From contig CAIIXF020000001.1 of NCBI GenBank assembly GCA_903813345.2, positions 33,356,001-33,420,000 on the forward strand: DNA of 64,000 bases, read 5' to 3'. The notes below the pieces were generated by a model. That model saw nothing but the letters and a program-made list of their open reading frames with translations. It searched no databases and was not told the DNA's origin. The DNA comes from Owenia fusiformis (taxonomy: Eukaryota). Both the position numbers and the translations under genes were made by a program. Positions 23,814-36,330 of the stretch are shown here, piece after piece (within the stretch, counting starts at the first letter, position 1; the number at the start of each line of letters is the position of its first letter).

Positions 23814-26095
23814 CTAAAATGCTAAAACGTGATCAATTAACTCGAAAATGATTAAAAATCTTCCTATGAAAGATTACATGCCAATAATTGATCCGCCACT
23901 CGCCTAAACTCACCAGTTCCAGTGAAATTCCTATAAAATGGCTTTGTTTTCCGATTTCGAAAGAATAATTACATTGACTTCCTTATTTCTGGAATTTCTT
24001 ATTAAAACCGGTATTTGTGAAACGAAAACACTGAATAAAAAAAAACAATTTTCATCACAGTATTTATTCGCCATCAGCGATGTCAATAATGATCAGCAAT
24101 GTCGAAGTTTCAGGACACCCTGTATATCCAGGTTTGTTTTCTTTTGAGCGTTCTCATTCTCATTATTTTCAAGAAATCCGGCATCATTTGGTAAGGAAAA
24201 ATTCAGTTCATTGAATTATGGGAGTAGTGAAGTCAATGATTTAATGAATAAGAGCAAATGTTTTTAATTTGAACAGGTCATTCATCAAATGACACTGAAG
24301 ATTAACTGGAATAGATTGTCTATCTATATATTTTTATGCATGAGAGACATCTTATAATGTTGGTGAACTAATGATTATGATAATTTCACCTGTTCACATC
24401 CAGTTCCTATCATGATTGAAAACTGACCGGGAGTAATTCTCTTCAAATTATTTACTCATTATGAACAGAAATTTAATATTTAAATCGCTTAGAAGGCGTA
24501 AATAAATGTCAATTTGACGTTCAATAAAAATCCGTCAATAATTTACTGATTACTTGCACATTTGAAAAGGTAAAACGTACAGCAATCAACCTAGGATATA
24601 CATGTAAACTCAATTGCATTTGTTTTTTCGCGGGAAAAAGTTTCTCTCATTGACGTCACAGATTAAAGCTGCTCATTATAATATTCATGAGCTGACTTTG
24701 TAGAAAGGTGAATACACCCCCCCCCCCCAAATTCTAATCATATAGGATATATCTGTAACTTAAATGATTGTAAATCTGATTGAGGGCCATCATACTGGAA
24801 ATTTAACAATAGTGCATTTAAAGGATATTGACACAACGGGAAACACTATTTTATAAGCACTACTAAGAAAGAATACTTTATGTGTTATCCATAAGTTATA
24901 ACCACGACTAACTACTAATTCTCAGGAATAAAAAGTTCACACTATTGAGAGATAGATAGAGCTTATCCTCGGACCAGTTACGTCTTATCCGTGTGTCACA
25001 TGACTACTGTGTTAATTAACTAAGTAAAGTATTCCAATTAAAAAGTGTTGTATGTTTGCATGCAGCAAGCGTTTAATAATTCTTCGCATAGAAAAGAGTC
25101 TGATATATAATATTGTCCATAAAAGATCGGTCTGATAATTACAAGTGTTTATTTTAAAACTATTCTTTACGAATTCATGATAAAGTGTATAATGTTCAAT
25201 CATACAAATGCGCAGTAAGTGATTGTTCTCCACACTCACCCCTCCCCTTTCCTGACATGAACTATTTTGTAAAACCATTGACAGTGTGGAAAGGATTCTT
25301 ACACTGGAGTGTCAAGGGGGGGGGGGCAGTTATGAAAACATACGAGGCGATGGTTCAAATTGGACAATTTTCAAAACTGCTCAACATGGTGAAAACTTCA
25401 TGTTTTTAAAGAAATGCTTGCTCGGCGAGTGGTTTGCTCTGGATTGCGAGAGAACAAAAACTTTGAATTAGGATTTTTCCTCATACTATCATTAATCTAA
25501 ACAACTTTTTAAACCGTCTCTGATTACATAACATGCCAATTAATACCATGATTGTGTTGACAGGATTAAATATGATATCTATCAAATTATAATTTAATGA
25601 ACTCAATAGTCTAAATGATGATAAGTTCATAATTTAGTCTTGGCTGACTAGTCTTGCATCATCAGAGTTGGATTGCAAATACCTCCCTAAATCAAATATT
25701 TAAAATTTACAAATTTACTAGTGTACGGGGTGGGGAAACAAGTCTCCATCCAACCACTAAAGTTAAAAAGGAAGACTATAGTGTCCCGTGAATTCATTAT
25801 AATTATCTTAGACAATAGTGAAGCGGTACAATCATGGGACTGTTAATTAATCGGAATGCAAGTTTGATTTAAAATAACTCCTTTGGATCAAATATTTAAA
25901 TTCTACTAGAATGCGGGGAGTGGAAACAAGTCTCCATTCAAGCACTAAATATCAAAAGAAAGATTTCAGTACCCCTTAACTTCACTCCCGGACTTCACTA
26001 TTCACCACCACCCCTCCCCCTTCCCCAATTATCCCTTATTACCCCAGAATGTTCGTTTCTGTGCCTCCCCCTGTCCATGGCCAATAAGTAGTCTA

Positions 26096-26330
26096 CAGTA
26101 GAACCTGTATATCTGAACACCTGGCTAATCGGAACACCTTCCAATTTGAACACTTTTTTTCGGTCCCATTTTCTCCTCCCATTGACTCCCATGTTAAAAA
26201 AACCTTGAAATCTGAACACCTCCTAATCTGAACAGTGAACAACCAGATTTGAAAAACTGACCTGTCTAATCTGAACATTTTATCAGAAATCAAATGTCTG
26301 GACATTTCAATAATAGCCACATGTTGAGTC
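26096..26330. mobile_element. One end of a pogo/Tigger-like MITE
   Basis: TA|CAGTAGAACCTG start with repeated TCTGAACA subterminal motifs; the other end was not found. Confidence 0.55.
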
Positions 26331-26840
26331 AATGTTATAGTTCTTATTATCTTTACATATGCAATGTAATCAAAGAACCAATATTGTCCTAATTAACTTA
26401 TTTAAGTCTCAATGACATCCCTAATTGTGGAAAACAACAAAAAAGGTGTGAATACGGGAGTTAATTGGTTTATCCTATTAGAAAAGAACTGAATGTTTTA
26501 TGTTTGGATTAAGAGAAAGGTGTGAATCAAGAAGATAATTGGTTTATCCTTATTTAATTCCTTTCCTCAATACAATAAAACAACACAAGTCAGCAATTGG
26601 GCTAAAATTAACTGGATGTTTTTGATTTGGATTATGAACAAGTCTTAACTGTTTTATATCCCATGGGTCTGTTATGATAGCTAGGATTCAATCAGTAAAT
26701 GTTTTATAATCACAGAGACAACACAGACACATTTGCAGACAAGATTATAATTGTTTTACCATTATTAGAAATTACCTGGATGTTTTTGTTTGATTTGGAT
26801 TAAGAGAAAGGTGAGAATCTGGGAAATAATTGGTTTATCC

Positions 26841-27532
26841 TTATTATCCCAACGAATGAAGTTCGGTAGGGATATAGTGAAGCCCTCCGTCCGTCCATCT
26901 GTCCGTCAGTCAGTCAGTCCGTCCGTCTGTCCGGAAGATAACTCAAATACTAGTAGACAGATTTTCTTCATATTTAGTGGAAAGATGTATATTGGTGAAT
27001 AGTTTTACGCAAAAAAAAGATGGCCGCCGCTTAAAAATGACGGGACTTTTTCGCAAAAATCATAAATTTTTCATTCTGAACCAAAGTTATTAATATTATT
27101 GTTTGAAATTTTGGTAGTATATTCACAACATTTATCTTTTTCACATATATTCTGTGTTTTTCATCCAGACCCCCAGGGGCCGTGTATGGGGGGACAGGAA
27201 AACAGAAATTTTTGCTAATTTTTAGATCTTTCTAAAGTATAGCTTTATTATACTCAAATGAAAGGCAATTAAGAGTAAATTGCAACTTTGACCCCTTCAA
27301 AGTATGGCTATATTATACTCAAATTGAAGGAATTTTGGAGTAGATCACAATTATGGTATTATTTTTCAGATTTGTATCTCAGAAAATTTAAAATGGCTGC
27401 TTTGCAGGATTTCAATTCTAAAATCTAATTTTTTCAATTTTAACCAAAGTAATGAGTATAATTGATTGGAATTCGCTAATTGATATTTTGTTCGTTTGGA
27501 TTTGCTACTCCGCGGAGTTGCCGTTATCTAGT
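26841..27532 (+). mobile_element. HINE-like element, family 3
   Basis: Head hairpin ATCCCAACGAA..TTCGGTAGGGAT, (CCGT/CAGT)n microsatellite, 3' sub-TIR TTCGTTTGGAT, hairpin GCTACTCC-GC-GGAGTTGC, CTAGTT end. Confidence 0.8.
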
Positions 27533-28790
27533 TTTAAATTAACTGGATGTTTTTGATTTGGATTATGAACAAGTCTTAACTGTTTTATATCCCATGGGTC
27601 TGTTATGATAGCTAGGATTCAATCAGTATAAATGTTTTATAATCACAAAGACAACACAGACACATTTGCAGACAAGATTATATCACAAGAAAGAGAAAAA
27701 TTCAACTTCGTAATATCCTATCACTAAAATGTCTCCTAAAAGGCATACATCTGACATCCTGAATGCCCTTGATATTTTGAAAGATTATGCATCATCTTGA
27801 ATGAGCACTCATGAAAAATTCTTTTTAATAGTCCTATTCGCGTTAGGAAATTACTGGTCATTAACATAAATATTTCCCGCAATGCAACACGATAAAATGG
27901 ACAATTTTCTATTGGTCCGCAAAACACAAAGTCATAGGCATTTTCCCGAACCAACATTGGTACATTTGTATAATAATATTCTATAATCCAGACAATAATT
28001 AGAAAAGAAGATGGAAATTCAATTTGCTTCGATTATTTTTTCTATGGCGTCGGAGCAAGTTCCGGGAACTGAGCAACTTCCGGGAAATCTGTGACGTCAC
28101 TTGAATTTTAAACTTAGGATTTTGACGATTCTGGTGAATATATTTTTAAAAAGACAAATGTCTTTATAATGATCATATCTATCGTATGTGCAAATATAAT
28201 TCATGATAAACCTCTAATAAAGTCACAATGCGTCATTGAAAAACACAGCCAATGTTATTCCAATGGGGAAGTGCCCGGATGTTGAGAAAGTTGTACCACG
28301 AAACTGAACTCTCCAATGCGGAGATAAGAATATTTCACACGTTAAAAGTTAGCGCGTATAGGTATATTGAAGAGGGTTATCTTCTCAAATATTGCTAATG
28401 CTAAAAGTGTCAAGAAACAAACAACAATGAATGACTTTTTCAAGCTAAGGTAAAGCAGTGCTATGTAACCACAATATGAGATAAGTCATTTAATAAGCAT
28501 AAGATTTTGTACAAGACTATCATATACTTATTCAGTATATTACAAAGTTTTTGCCAAAATTAAAGAGTTATCTTTCCAAAAATAATGAAATTGTTCAAAA
28601 TGTAAATAAAACATAGCATATACATGTAGGCTATAGGCCTACATGTATATTCATGTATATCAACAACATGTATTGTTTTCTGACTAAGTATTAAGTGTCA
28701 TTAATACGTTATTTTCACATTCATGTACGTTCATATAAAGAAGCTCACTATATTCATGGAATAATGATGAAGCCTTCCTCGTGATCGAAG

Positions 28791-29274
28791 CGGGTAGTCG
28801 TGAAATTTGCTCGTGTTTTCAGCGGAGTCTCATGTTTTCAGCGGGGCCTCCTCATTTTTTCAGCGGGGCCACTGGAACACCTTTAATAATGTATTTCGAC
28901 CCCCATGGCAGGTGTCATTGTCCAGTAACTTATCAATACAGACCATCTTGATCCGATATTTATTATGGAGTATGTAAATCGTATTTATTGCCTTTATTTT
29001 AACGATAAAGGTAATATATGAACAGTAAATTATGCAAACGTGCATGTTGACGCCCCTTTCCTTCATGCAAGTAAAAAATAATCATTTTTCATGTCATTTT
29101 TGTCAAATATATCTGTTTTCAAAGTTTTGCTGGAGTATCAAAGAACGGTAATAAGTATTTTCATCCTTTTGGTTCATTTTCCAAAGTGATACAAATAAAC
29201 AGGACTATGCTCGCGATTTCAGCGGGAACTTGCTCGCGACTTTTCAATCATAGCGGGGCTTTAGATACTACCCG
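28791..29274. mobile_element. Putative small TIR element with subterminal TTTCAGCGG repeats
   Basis: CGGGTAGT...ACTACCCG termini; no TSD recognised. Confidence 0.4.
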
Positions 29275-29333
29275 TGTGCTATATAGCAGTCTATGTTGAA
29301 TGAAGTGAAATACCCTTTGGCCGGGGGTTGACA

Positions 29334-29762
29334 CAAGGCTGTCAACTTGGGACCATCTAACATGAGTGACCTCCAAATGTTGAACACCTTCCTTCAAACT
29401 TTGGACAGCTTCAGTGAACACTAGCAGATTTTGGACACCTAAAATTTTTCCAGCTTGCTTTTCAAATTCATCAACGGGGGGGGGGAGGTGTGAATATTTT
29501 TGAAAAAAATGCGTGATATATACACATATTTTGTACCAAATGCGTGACATAAACGGCAATCGCATGCAAAGACCGAACGGAATGCGTTTGCTTTTTTTCG
29601 CCGTTCGGTATTTTACCATGTCGGCATTTCACAAAAAATGATTTTTAACAATTTCAACAAAATGCTAATATTTGAATCACACACGCTAAATTGATGCATG
29701 ATTTCTATTTTTCCAGCAAATGCGTGACAATCACGCCTAATGCGTGAGGGTTGACAGGGCAG
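29334..29762 (+). mobile_element. TIR element with 6-bp TSD (TTGACA)
   Basis: Same family as 23464-23813. TSD at 29328-29333 and 29763-29768. Confidence 0.85.
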
Positions 29763-29902
29763 TTGACAGTACTGATATCTGATATGAATGCAATATTTTT
29801 GGAGATTGTGGAGCAATACTGACATGTTATCATCTACAATTGTTAACACAATTGAATAGTGCCATCTATTGGTCACTCAAAGGCCATTCTATCTGTTTAA
29901 TG

Positions 29903-30221
29903 CAGTCCAACTGTCCCGCAATTTGCGTATTTGTCACGCATTTGCTGGAAAAATTAAACTCACGCCAGTTATTTTTCGTGACAGAATATGTCACCCAAAT
30001 ACGCATTTTATCTGATTATTGTCAAGCAAAAATATTCCTGTAGAAAAACTTGAGATCGCTGATACAGCAAAAAACCGAACGGCGAAAATAACGAACGCAT
30101 TTCGTTTGGAATTTTCACGCGGATATTGTATTTGTCACACATTTCCTTCGGAATATTTCGTTCAAAGGTGTTCAACATTTGTAAGTCACTCATGTTAGGT
30201 GTTCCCAAGTTGACAGGCCTG
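29903..30221 (-). mobile_element. TIR element with 6-bp TSD (TTAATG)
   Basis: Inverted relative of the same family, ending GTTGACAGGCCTG. TSD at 29897-29902 and 30222-30227. Confidence 0.8.
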
Positions 30222-31386
30222 TTAATGTGATTATAATCTCATGTACCTCATATCATCTCGATGAACTGGCTAACACATTAAGCTTGAAAAGATGATTGAA
30301 TTATTGTAATTGAGTAAATATGATAGGATTCCAATAAGCTATATAGATTTTGATAGTGATGCCACTTCAGCTGATTAACATCTATACCCAGCAACATGTA
30401 TATAACTCATACTTGAACCACTTGAATGGCTGGTCTAATTATGAATGATACCCTTCAAAGCCTTTATAATCAGTCTGAGAATAGATCTTCATAGATGTGG
30501 ATCAATAAAGTTTGAGATTGAATCCAGTGTGCGCAATCCATAAAATTCTTTCTAAATTCATAGCAGATAAAGAATATAGCTTTTATTTTTATACTCTCAT
30601 ATTGAGCAAATCTATTTGCAATTACATTAGTTGGTTTGGATATGCTATCTATCACTGTGAGGATAGTGCTATGTAGCTGCATACTACTGCTGTATTGCTA
30701 GCATAATAAGAATGGCCTTCTTCTAAGTGCTAAAAACCTAGTAACTCTTCAAGCCAATTTATTCACATGAAGCTCTGAAGGTGATTTGCCTGCTCAGCAT
30801 ATTGTTGGATGTTGGTTTTTCAGCAAGTGCCAGTATGTACCTGCACTTAAGATATTATATATAAAGACGTAACATCATTAATTATTTAGGATTTATACAT
30901 CAGCTAGGAGAATAACCTTATATCGGATATAAAATTGAAAATATGACTCAATAGATATGTCGCCCCTCCATATTCATTATGTAGAAGTCACTGAGTCTCG
31001 ACAGGACAGAAGTTAAAGAATATAGTAAATTGCCTGCTATGTCAGAATGAAGATATTATCAGTCAAAGGCAATGTACATGGATAAGCCATTCTTTGGATC
31101 ATTCATCTAGATTCAGTATTGACGAAGCTGTAGTTACCAGGTTATATTATAAACATTCATGGAAATTGCACAGTGCCTGCTTTACATAAAGATCAAAATT
31201 GGAATTCAGAAAAACAAAAGAATTAAAAGTATTTTCATCTGGAAATCAATGATCAGATTATGTGGTAAAGGGGGGGTAAAGGGTTTAGCTGTAAGGCTAA
31301 ATATGAGTTGTTCTTATTGAGTGAATAGGATAACTGCCACCAATGCCCCCATGTGTTGCCTCAACTGTAAGTATTGCACACATTTA

Positions 31387-31556
31387 ATGGGAGGTTTGCT
31401 ATCACGATCATCATCACATAAAGGTCACAAAAAGTCGTCAAAGCCGACTTCGCGACATCGGCCTGCCAGCTATCGTCACTCTTGGATACATAAAGATGTG
31501 GAATACCAACAACGACACCACCATACAGGACGCCAATATCACCATGCCTATGCACG
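31387..31556 (+). CDS. Putative second alternative first coding exon, probably PDE4, with an N-myristoylation-type start
   Basis: Encodes MGGLLSRSSSHKGHKKSSKPTSRHRPASYRHSWIHKDVEYQQRHHHTGRQYHHAYA+CG, then donor GTAAGC. Same phase (2) as exon 7210-7304, in a locally GC-richer unique region. RHSWI recalls the RRHSWIC start of vertebrate PDE4D3. An upstream in-frame ATG at 31351 is an alternative start. Confidence 0.55.
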
Positions 31557-31985
31557 GTAAGCTATGCAGTCATCTGCTGTAGCATTGATCTGTAAATTTA
31601 TAGTCTTGTTATGCCTGTACTATAATTCATGCATGTATATAGGTCACTCTTCAGTACTTCTCTTCAGTCGTCATGATTCCTCAAGGTCACTTAACTATTT
31701 GATAAAATATTTTTTGTTTGGTGAGATTTGCTAGGAAGGTGCTGTTTTTCTAATTCATCTTGCTATGTTTCCTTTCCATGTTTCTGACAGTTAAATATGT
31801 GCAATTTTTTTGTAGTTGTGTTTTGTTATTCCCAGGTTGTACAAATATACATACTCTTTATACTGATTAAGAATATAGTATGCTGTAAAAGGTTGAATTG
31901 AGATAAAATTACACAAAAACTGTTTCAAAACAAAAATGTTCTTATTAACCCATATGATTGAAGTTTAGATCTACAGGGCGTCAGG

Positions 31986-32271
31986 CAGGCATGTCAACCT
32001 GGGAACACCTAAAATGTTAAACACCTACCTTCAAATTGTGAACACCTTGGTCCAAATCTGAACACTTTGGTCCAAATTTTGAACACCTTGTTTCAAATTT
32101 TATTGCAAATATTCAAATTTTTTCCTTTTTTGGCATTCAATTTTTGATATTCTTTTCCTGAAATAGTTTTTTGACAATAATCAGAAAAAATGTATGTATT
32201 TGCAAAAATGGGTATGACTTCAATTTCTTCAGTAAATGATTGACAAATATACGGGACAGTTGCATGGTCTG
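31986..32271 (+). mobile_element. TIR element of the 6-bp-TSD family
   Basis: CAGGCATGTCAAC start and TTGCATGGTCTG end. Flanks GTCAGG / GTCAAG (5 of 6 match). Confidence 0.7.
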
Positions 32272-32570
32272 GTCAAGTACCCCTGGACTATTTACAATGA
32301 TTTTTTGAAATTGGTGCAAAAGCATTACTATACAGGTTGTTGTCAGGCTAATTAACCATAAAAAAATTGTGCATAGAAACACTAGGAAATCCACACAATT
32401 TATTTTTACTCATATGTTTCACTATATATAGAAGAAAATGACCTAATCCATGCAATGGATATATCATTTACGGGTAACTTTAACATCTGTTTGAAGTCCA
32501 ACAACGCTAAGAGTAAAAGCTATTGAAAACGGCGCCGGAGTGTCATACTCCAAAATGTACCATTTCTTTT

Positions 32571-33692
32571 TATGTCCCCACCACATAGTATGGGGCCATA
32601 TTGTCGGCGTCCATCTGTCGGTCCGTCTGTCCATCCATCCATCTGTCCGTACGTCCGGGAGTTTTCTCCAAAACCTCTACAGATATCACCTTCAAATTTT
32701 CAGGGATAACTTATGAGTGCATACAGATGTGGATGAAAAAAATTTAACTCGATACCTACTTCCTGTCGGCCATTTTGAAGTCAAATGCTAAAATCCTTGT
32801 CTGCAAACTTTACGAAAAACAGCTTCACAGTTGCTTTTAAAACTTTAACATCTTGTTCAGCTCACTTCATTCTAGATTATAGTTTTGGACCTGTTAGCTC
32901 AGTCATGTCAGCCATTTTGAATGTCTTAAGAAAAGTTAGCGCGCGATAATACTTTGTATCATATTGAATGGTGTTTTTCAGTTTTCATACTTTAACTATT
33001 TAGTAGCTTTATAAATAATTTCAGATATATTTTGTTGTAAAAGCCTATGTTATTGTTAACAGTAGTTATATGTGATAATTTTGTAAAAAGAAATCAGCAA
33101 AAACTCATAATCACTTTTTTATTTCAGTTTTCATACTTTAACTATTTAGTAGCTTTATAAATAATTTCAGATATATTTTGTTGTAAAAGCCTATGTTATT
33201 GTTAACAGTAGTTATATGTGATAATTTTGTAAAAAGAAATCAGCAAAAACTCATAATCACTTTTTTATTGTCGGCCATTTTGGATTTTTCCGTCCTAAAA
33301 TCTTGTCCGTAAAGTCTTGTCTACGCGTTTTCAGGTGAACCGTTTGGTAGATCAATTTCATATTTTCATGGATGATTCTTAGTATGAAAATCTAGAAACA
33401 GATTAGTTTTTTGACATTCCGGGTAAATGTCAAGGCAACCATTTTGGATCATCCTAAAATCTTGTCTGTAAAGTCTTGTTTACATGTTTTCTGGTTAACT
33501 GTGTGAAGGATCAATTTCAAATTTTTAGGGGTGGTTCTTAGTATGAAAATGTCGAACTGACTAAATCTTTGGCATTCTGGGTAAATTTAAGGTGGCCACT
33601 TTGGATTTTCCGTCTTGTCTACTCATTTTCAGGATAACCATTTGACGGGATCACCCATTGGTGGGGACATTTTGTACACATTTGTGTTCTTG
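32571..33692 (+). mobile_element. HINE-like element, family 2
   Basis: Sub-TIR ATGTCCCCACCA / TGGTGGGGACAT, head hairpin, (CCAT/CCGT)n, internal tandem units, 3' hairpin ACACA-TT-TGTGT. Inserted in a T run without TSD (empty site near 8285-8300). Confidence 0.85.
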
Positions 33693-33842
33693 TATTTCTT
33701 TTTAATGGTGCAATATTGTGACACGATAATATTTACATATGTTTTCAGCACAACTCTGGAGGTATTAATGAGATCTTGATGTATTGGGTATTTTTAATTT
33801 TTTTATAAAAAAATAATGTTTAAATTTTTTGTCCACTGTTAC

Positions 33843-34831
33843 AAGAAAGAGTCGAAGGCATGCGAGGCGAATCCTGGAAACCCGGGTTCGGGAAAGCAGG
33901 GTTCACTGTTTGTTTCCGTTGACAACTGTGCGAAACTACATTCATAATTCATACGACAGTGAACAGGAGGTTTACAGTCAGACCCGGGTGCGCCAATCCC
34001 TTATTTAAATGTGTGTTTCGCGGACCAGGGTTTAAGGTCATACCAAACGAAATACTTAACTAAGTGTTTAATGAGGCCACGAAATATAAAAGTTTGTTTT
34101 ATTAGAATTTTATACGTGTTAATTTTTATCTACAAAGACGTTAAACATATTAGAAAAAGTTATGTATTATGATTGGTCTAGAATGTGCAAAGCTAGAAGA
34201 CCCCTTATATTTGTTCGTAATCTCTATTTTGACTAAGATAATGTATCAGGACAACGGCTACTAAAGCAAGGAAAATTGACCAGTAGAGATGAGGAACTTG
34301 ACATACTATTTTTATTCATAAATATGGATAATATTTTATTTAAATATATTACGAGCTATTACCATCCTCCAGTGTTGACAATTTCTGTTGTGTCAGTCTG
34401 GGTCAAAATCTTACAATATTACAATTGATAACAAGGAACTCTTCTATAAATAAAAGCAATTAAATCCAGGTTTGAAAACTCTCGAAAATAACACGAATGA
34501 CTCTAATTATGAACCGTTCACATTTTTGCAAAGGCGGATTTGGATGACGGCAAACCCGGGTTTTGAGGGCGCATCATATGAGGCACTTTATAACCCCATG
34601 CGCAAAACATCTCGTTAAAAAGTCCGTTGTAGTTAAGTCAACATATCCATAGTTAAGAGTTAATTACAAGGAACCCTTCTAATAAAAACAATGAAAATTC
34701 TGGTTTGAAAAGCATCGAAAATAACACGAACGAGTCAAATAATAAACCATTCGTTTTTTTGCAAAGGCGCGGGTTTGGATGACGGCAAACCTGGGTTTTG
34801 AGGGCGCGACTTATGGCAACGAGTGCTTCTG
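33843..34831. mobile_element. TIR element with degenerate 8-bp TSD
   Basis: Flanks ACTGTTAC / GCTGTCAC; empty site GTCCGCTGTGACGGAGCAG at ~8430. Ends AAGAAAGAGTCG / CGAGTGCTTCTG. Internal duplication with ~235-bp offset. Confidence 0.75.
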
Positions 34832-35459
34832 GCTGTCACGGCGCAGTTTCTAATCTGAAATACGTTAAGAATTTAAGATTTATAATATATCTTTTACAAC
34901 TTCACTTTAGAGGAGCAAATGTGTCAAATCTCTCTCGTAAAGTTATCTGAAAAATGAAACATAATAAAAGTACACAATTCAAATTCTGGGATGTATATAC
35001 GACCAGTCTTTAAGCTTTTTTCTCAGTTTGTACTGCAATCCAACTTATGCATGGTAACTCAGTAAAATGATAGTCAACTTCATTTCAGTGTAGGGTATTT
35101 GCCTTTCGTAGTGCCTACTGTGGATCCATCTCCTGACATGGTCATTTTACGGTAACTTGATTATTTGAGTAAAATTATTTGATGAAGATGAAGCTAAATA
35201 CATATAATGGTATGAACTGGATTGTTCTACCCTCTATAGTCGTTTCAAAAGTTAGTGTATCTTGAAATACGAAAATGCAAAATTAGATTTTAATTTGAAT
35301 AAGATTCATGGTTATCTGATGCAACTACAGTAAAACATGTGTACAATGAACACATATGGAGCCCCAAAAATGTGTTCCCAGTTCGTAGATGTTCACTTCA
35401 TACAGAAGTCAGAGGAATATGTGATAAGAAGAGGTGTTCAGGAGGGAAAGATGTTCATT

Positions 35460-35745
35460 GATGTCTGTCCGTCCTTCCGTCTGTCGGTACATCCAGCAGT
35501 TTTCTCCAAAACCGTTACAGATATCACCTTCCAATTTTCAGGGATAACTTATGAGTGCATACAGATGTGAATAAAAAAAAATTCACTTCATTCTACATCT
35601 GATTAGGTTTTGGACCTGTTAGCTCAGTCATGTCAGCCATTTTGAATGTCTTAAGAAAAGTTAGTATGCGATAATACTTTGTATCATATTGAATGGTGTT
35701 TTTGAGTTTTCAAACTTTAACTATTTAATAGGTTTTTAAATAATT
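35460..35745 (+). mobile_element. 5' fragment of HINE family 2
   Basis: TTTCTCCAAAACCGTTACAGATATCACCTTC and following sequence match 32660-33020 with an internal deletion. Confidence 0.7.
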
Positions 35746-36330
35746 ACAATGTGGTGTCCCTCAGGGATCCATTTTAGGCTCCGTACTTTTATCCTTTACA
35801 TAAATGACCTAATATCTACTAGCAATTTATTCAAATGTGTAATTTTTGCTGATGATACAAATATTCTTTGCTCTGACAAAAATGTTTATTCCTTAATTGA
35901 TATAGTGAATAATGAATTAAAAACTGTAGATGATTGGTTCTGTGCTAATAAACTCTCATTGAACATTGATAAAACCAACTTTATGGTCTTTACAACTTCC
36001 CAAAATAGGGTTCCAGATAATATTTCAATCAAAATTAGAGACTCTCACATTATTTGTGTTTTTCAACAAATTTCCTTGGCGTTATAATTGACCAAAATTT
36101 AAATTGGAAAGAACATATTCGAAAAATTGCACTAAAAATTTCAAAAACCATAGGTACTCTATTTCTAATAAAACACAAACTCAGTGTTAAATCATTATTG
36201 AATATCTACTACATTATTTATTCACATTTACAATATTGCATCCCAGCTTGGGGTGGGACAGGAAAACACATATTGATATCTTATTAAAGTTGCAGAAAAG
36301 ATTTGCCCGGCTAGTTACTCATAGTGAATA
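35746..36330 (+). pseudogene. LINE (CR1/L2-group) reverse transcriptase fragment
   Basis: Frameshifted GVPQGSILG / FILYINDL...FADDTNI...WFCANKLSLNIDKTNFM / FLGVIIDQNLNWKEHI...YSHLQYCIPAWG. Confidence 0.9.

Larger units (their letters stand above)
32370..35345 (+). mobile_element. Repeat family A copy 2, split by two insertions
   Basis: Segments 32370-32570, 33693-33842 and 34832-35345 are colinear with 8114-8771 plus 21545-21740. Confidence 0.8.

Noticed and set aside
26605..27680. ~145-bp direct repeat around the family-3 HINE as a giant TSD
   Set aside because: The left copy ends ~90 bp before the element and related units occur at ~26487 and ~26775; better explained as a pre-existing local tandem repeat.
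29770..31320. Unique sequence with a faint resemblance to a membrane-protein coding region
   Set aside because: Stops are frequent in all frames read; more likely the promoter or 5' UTR of the 31387 exon.
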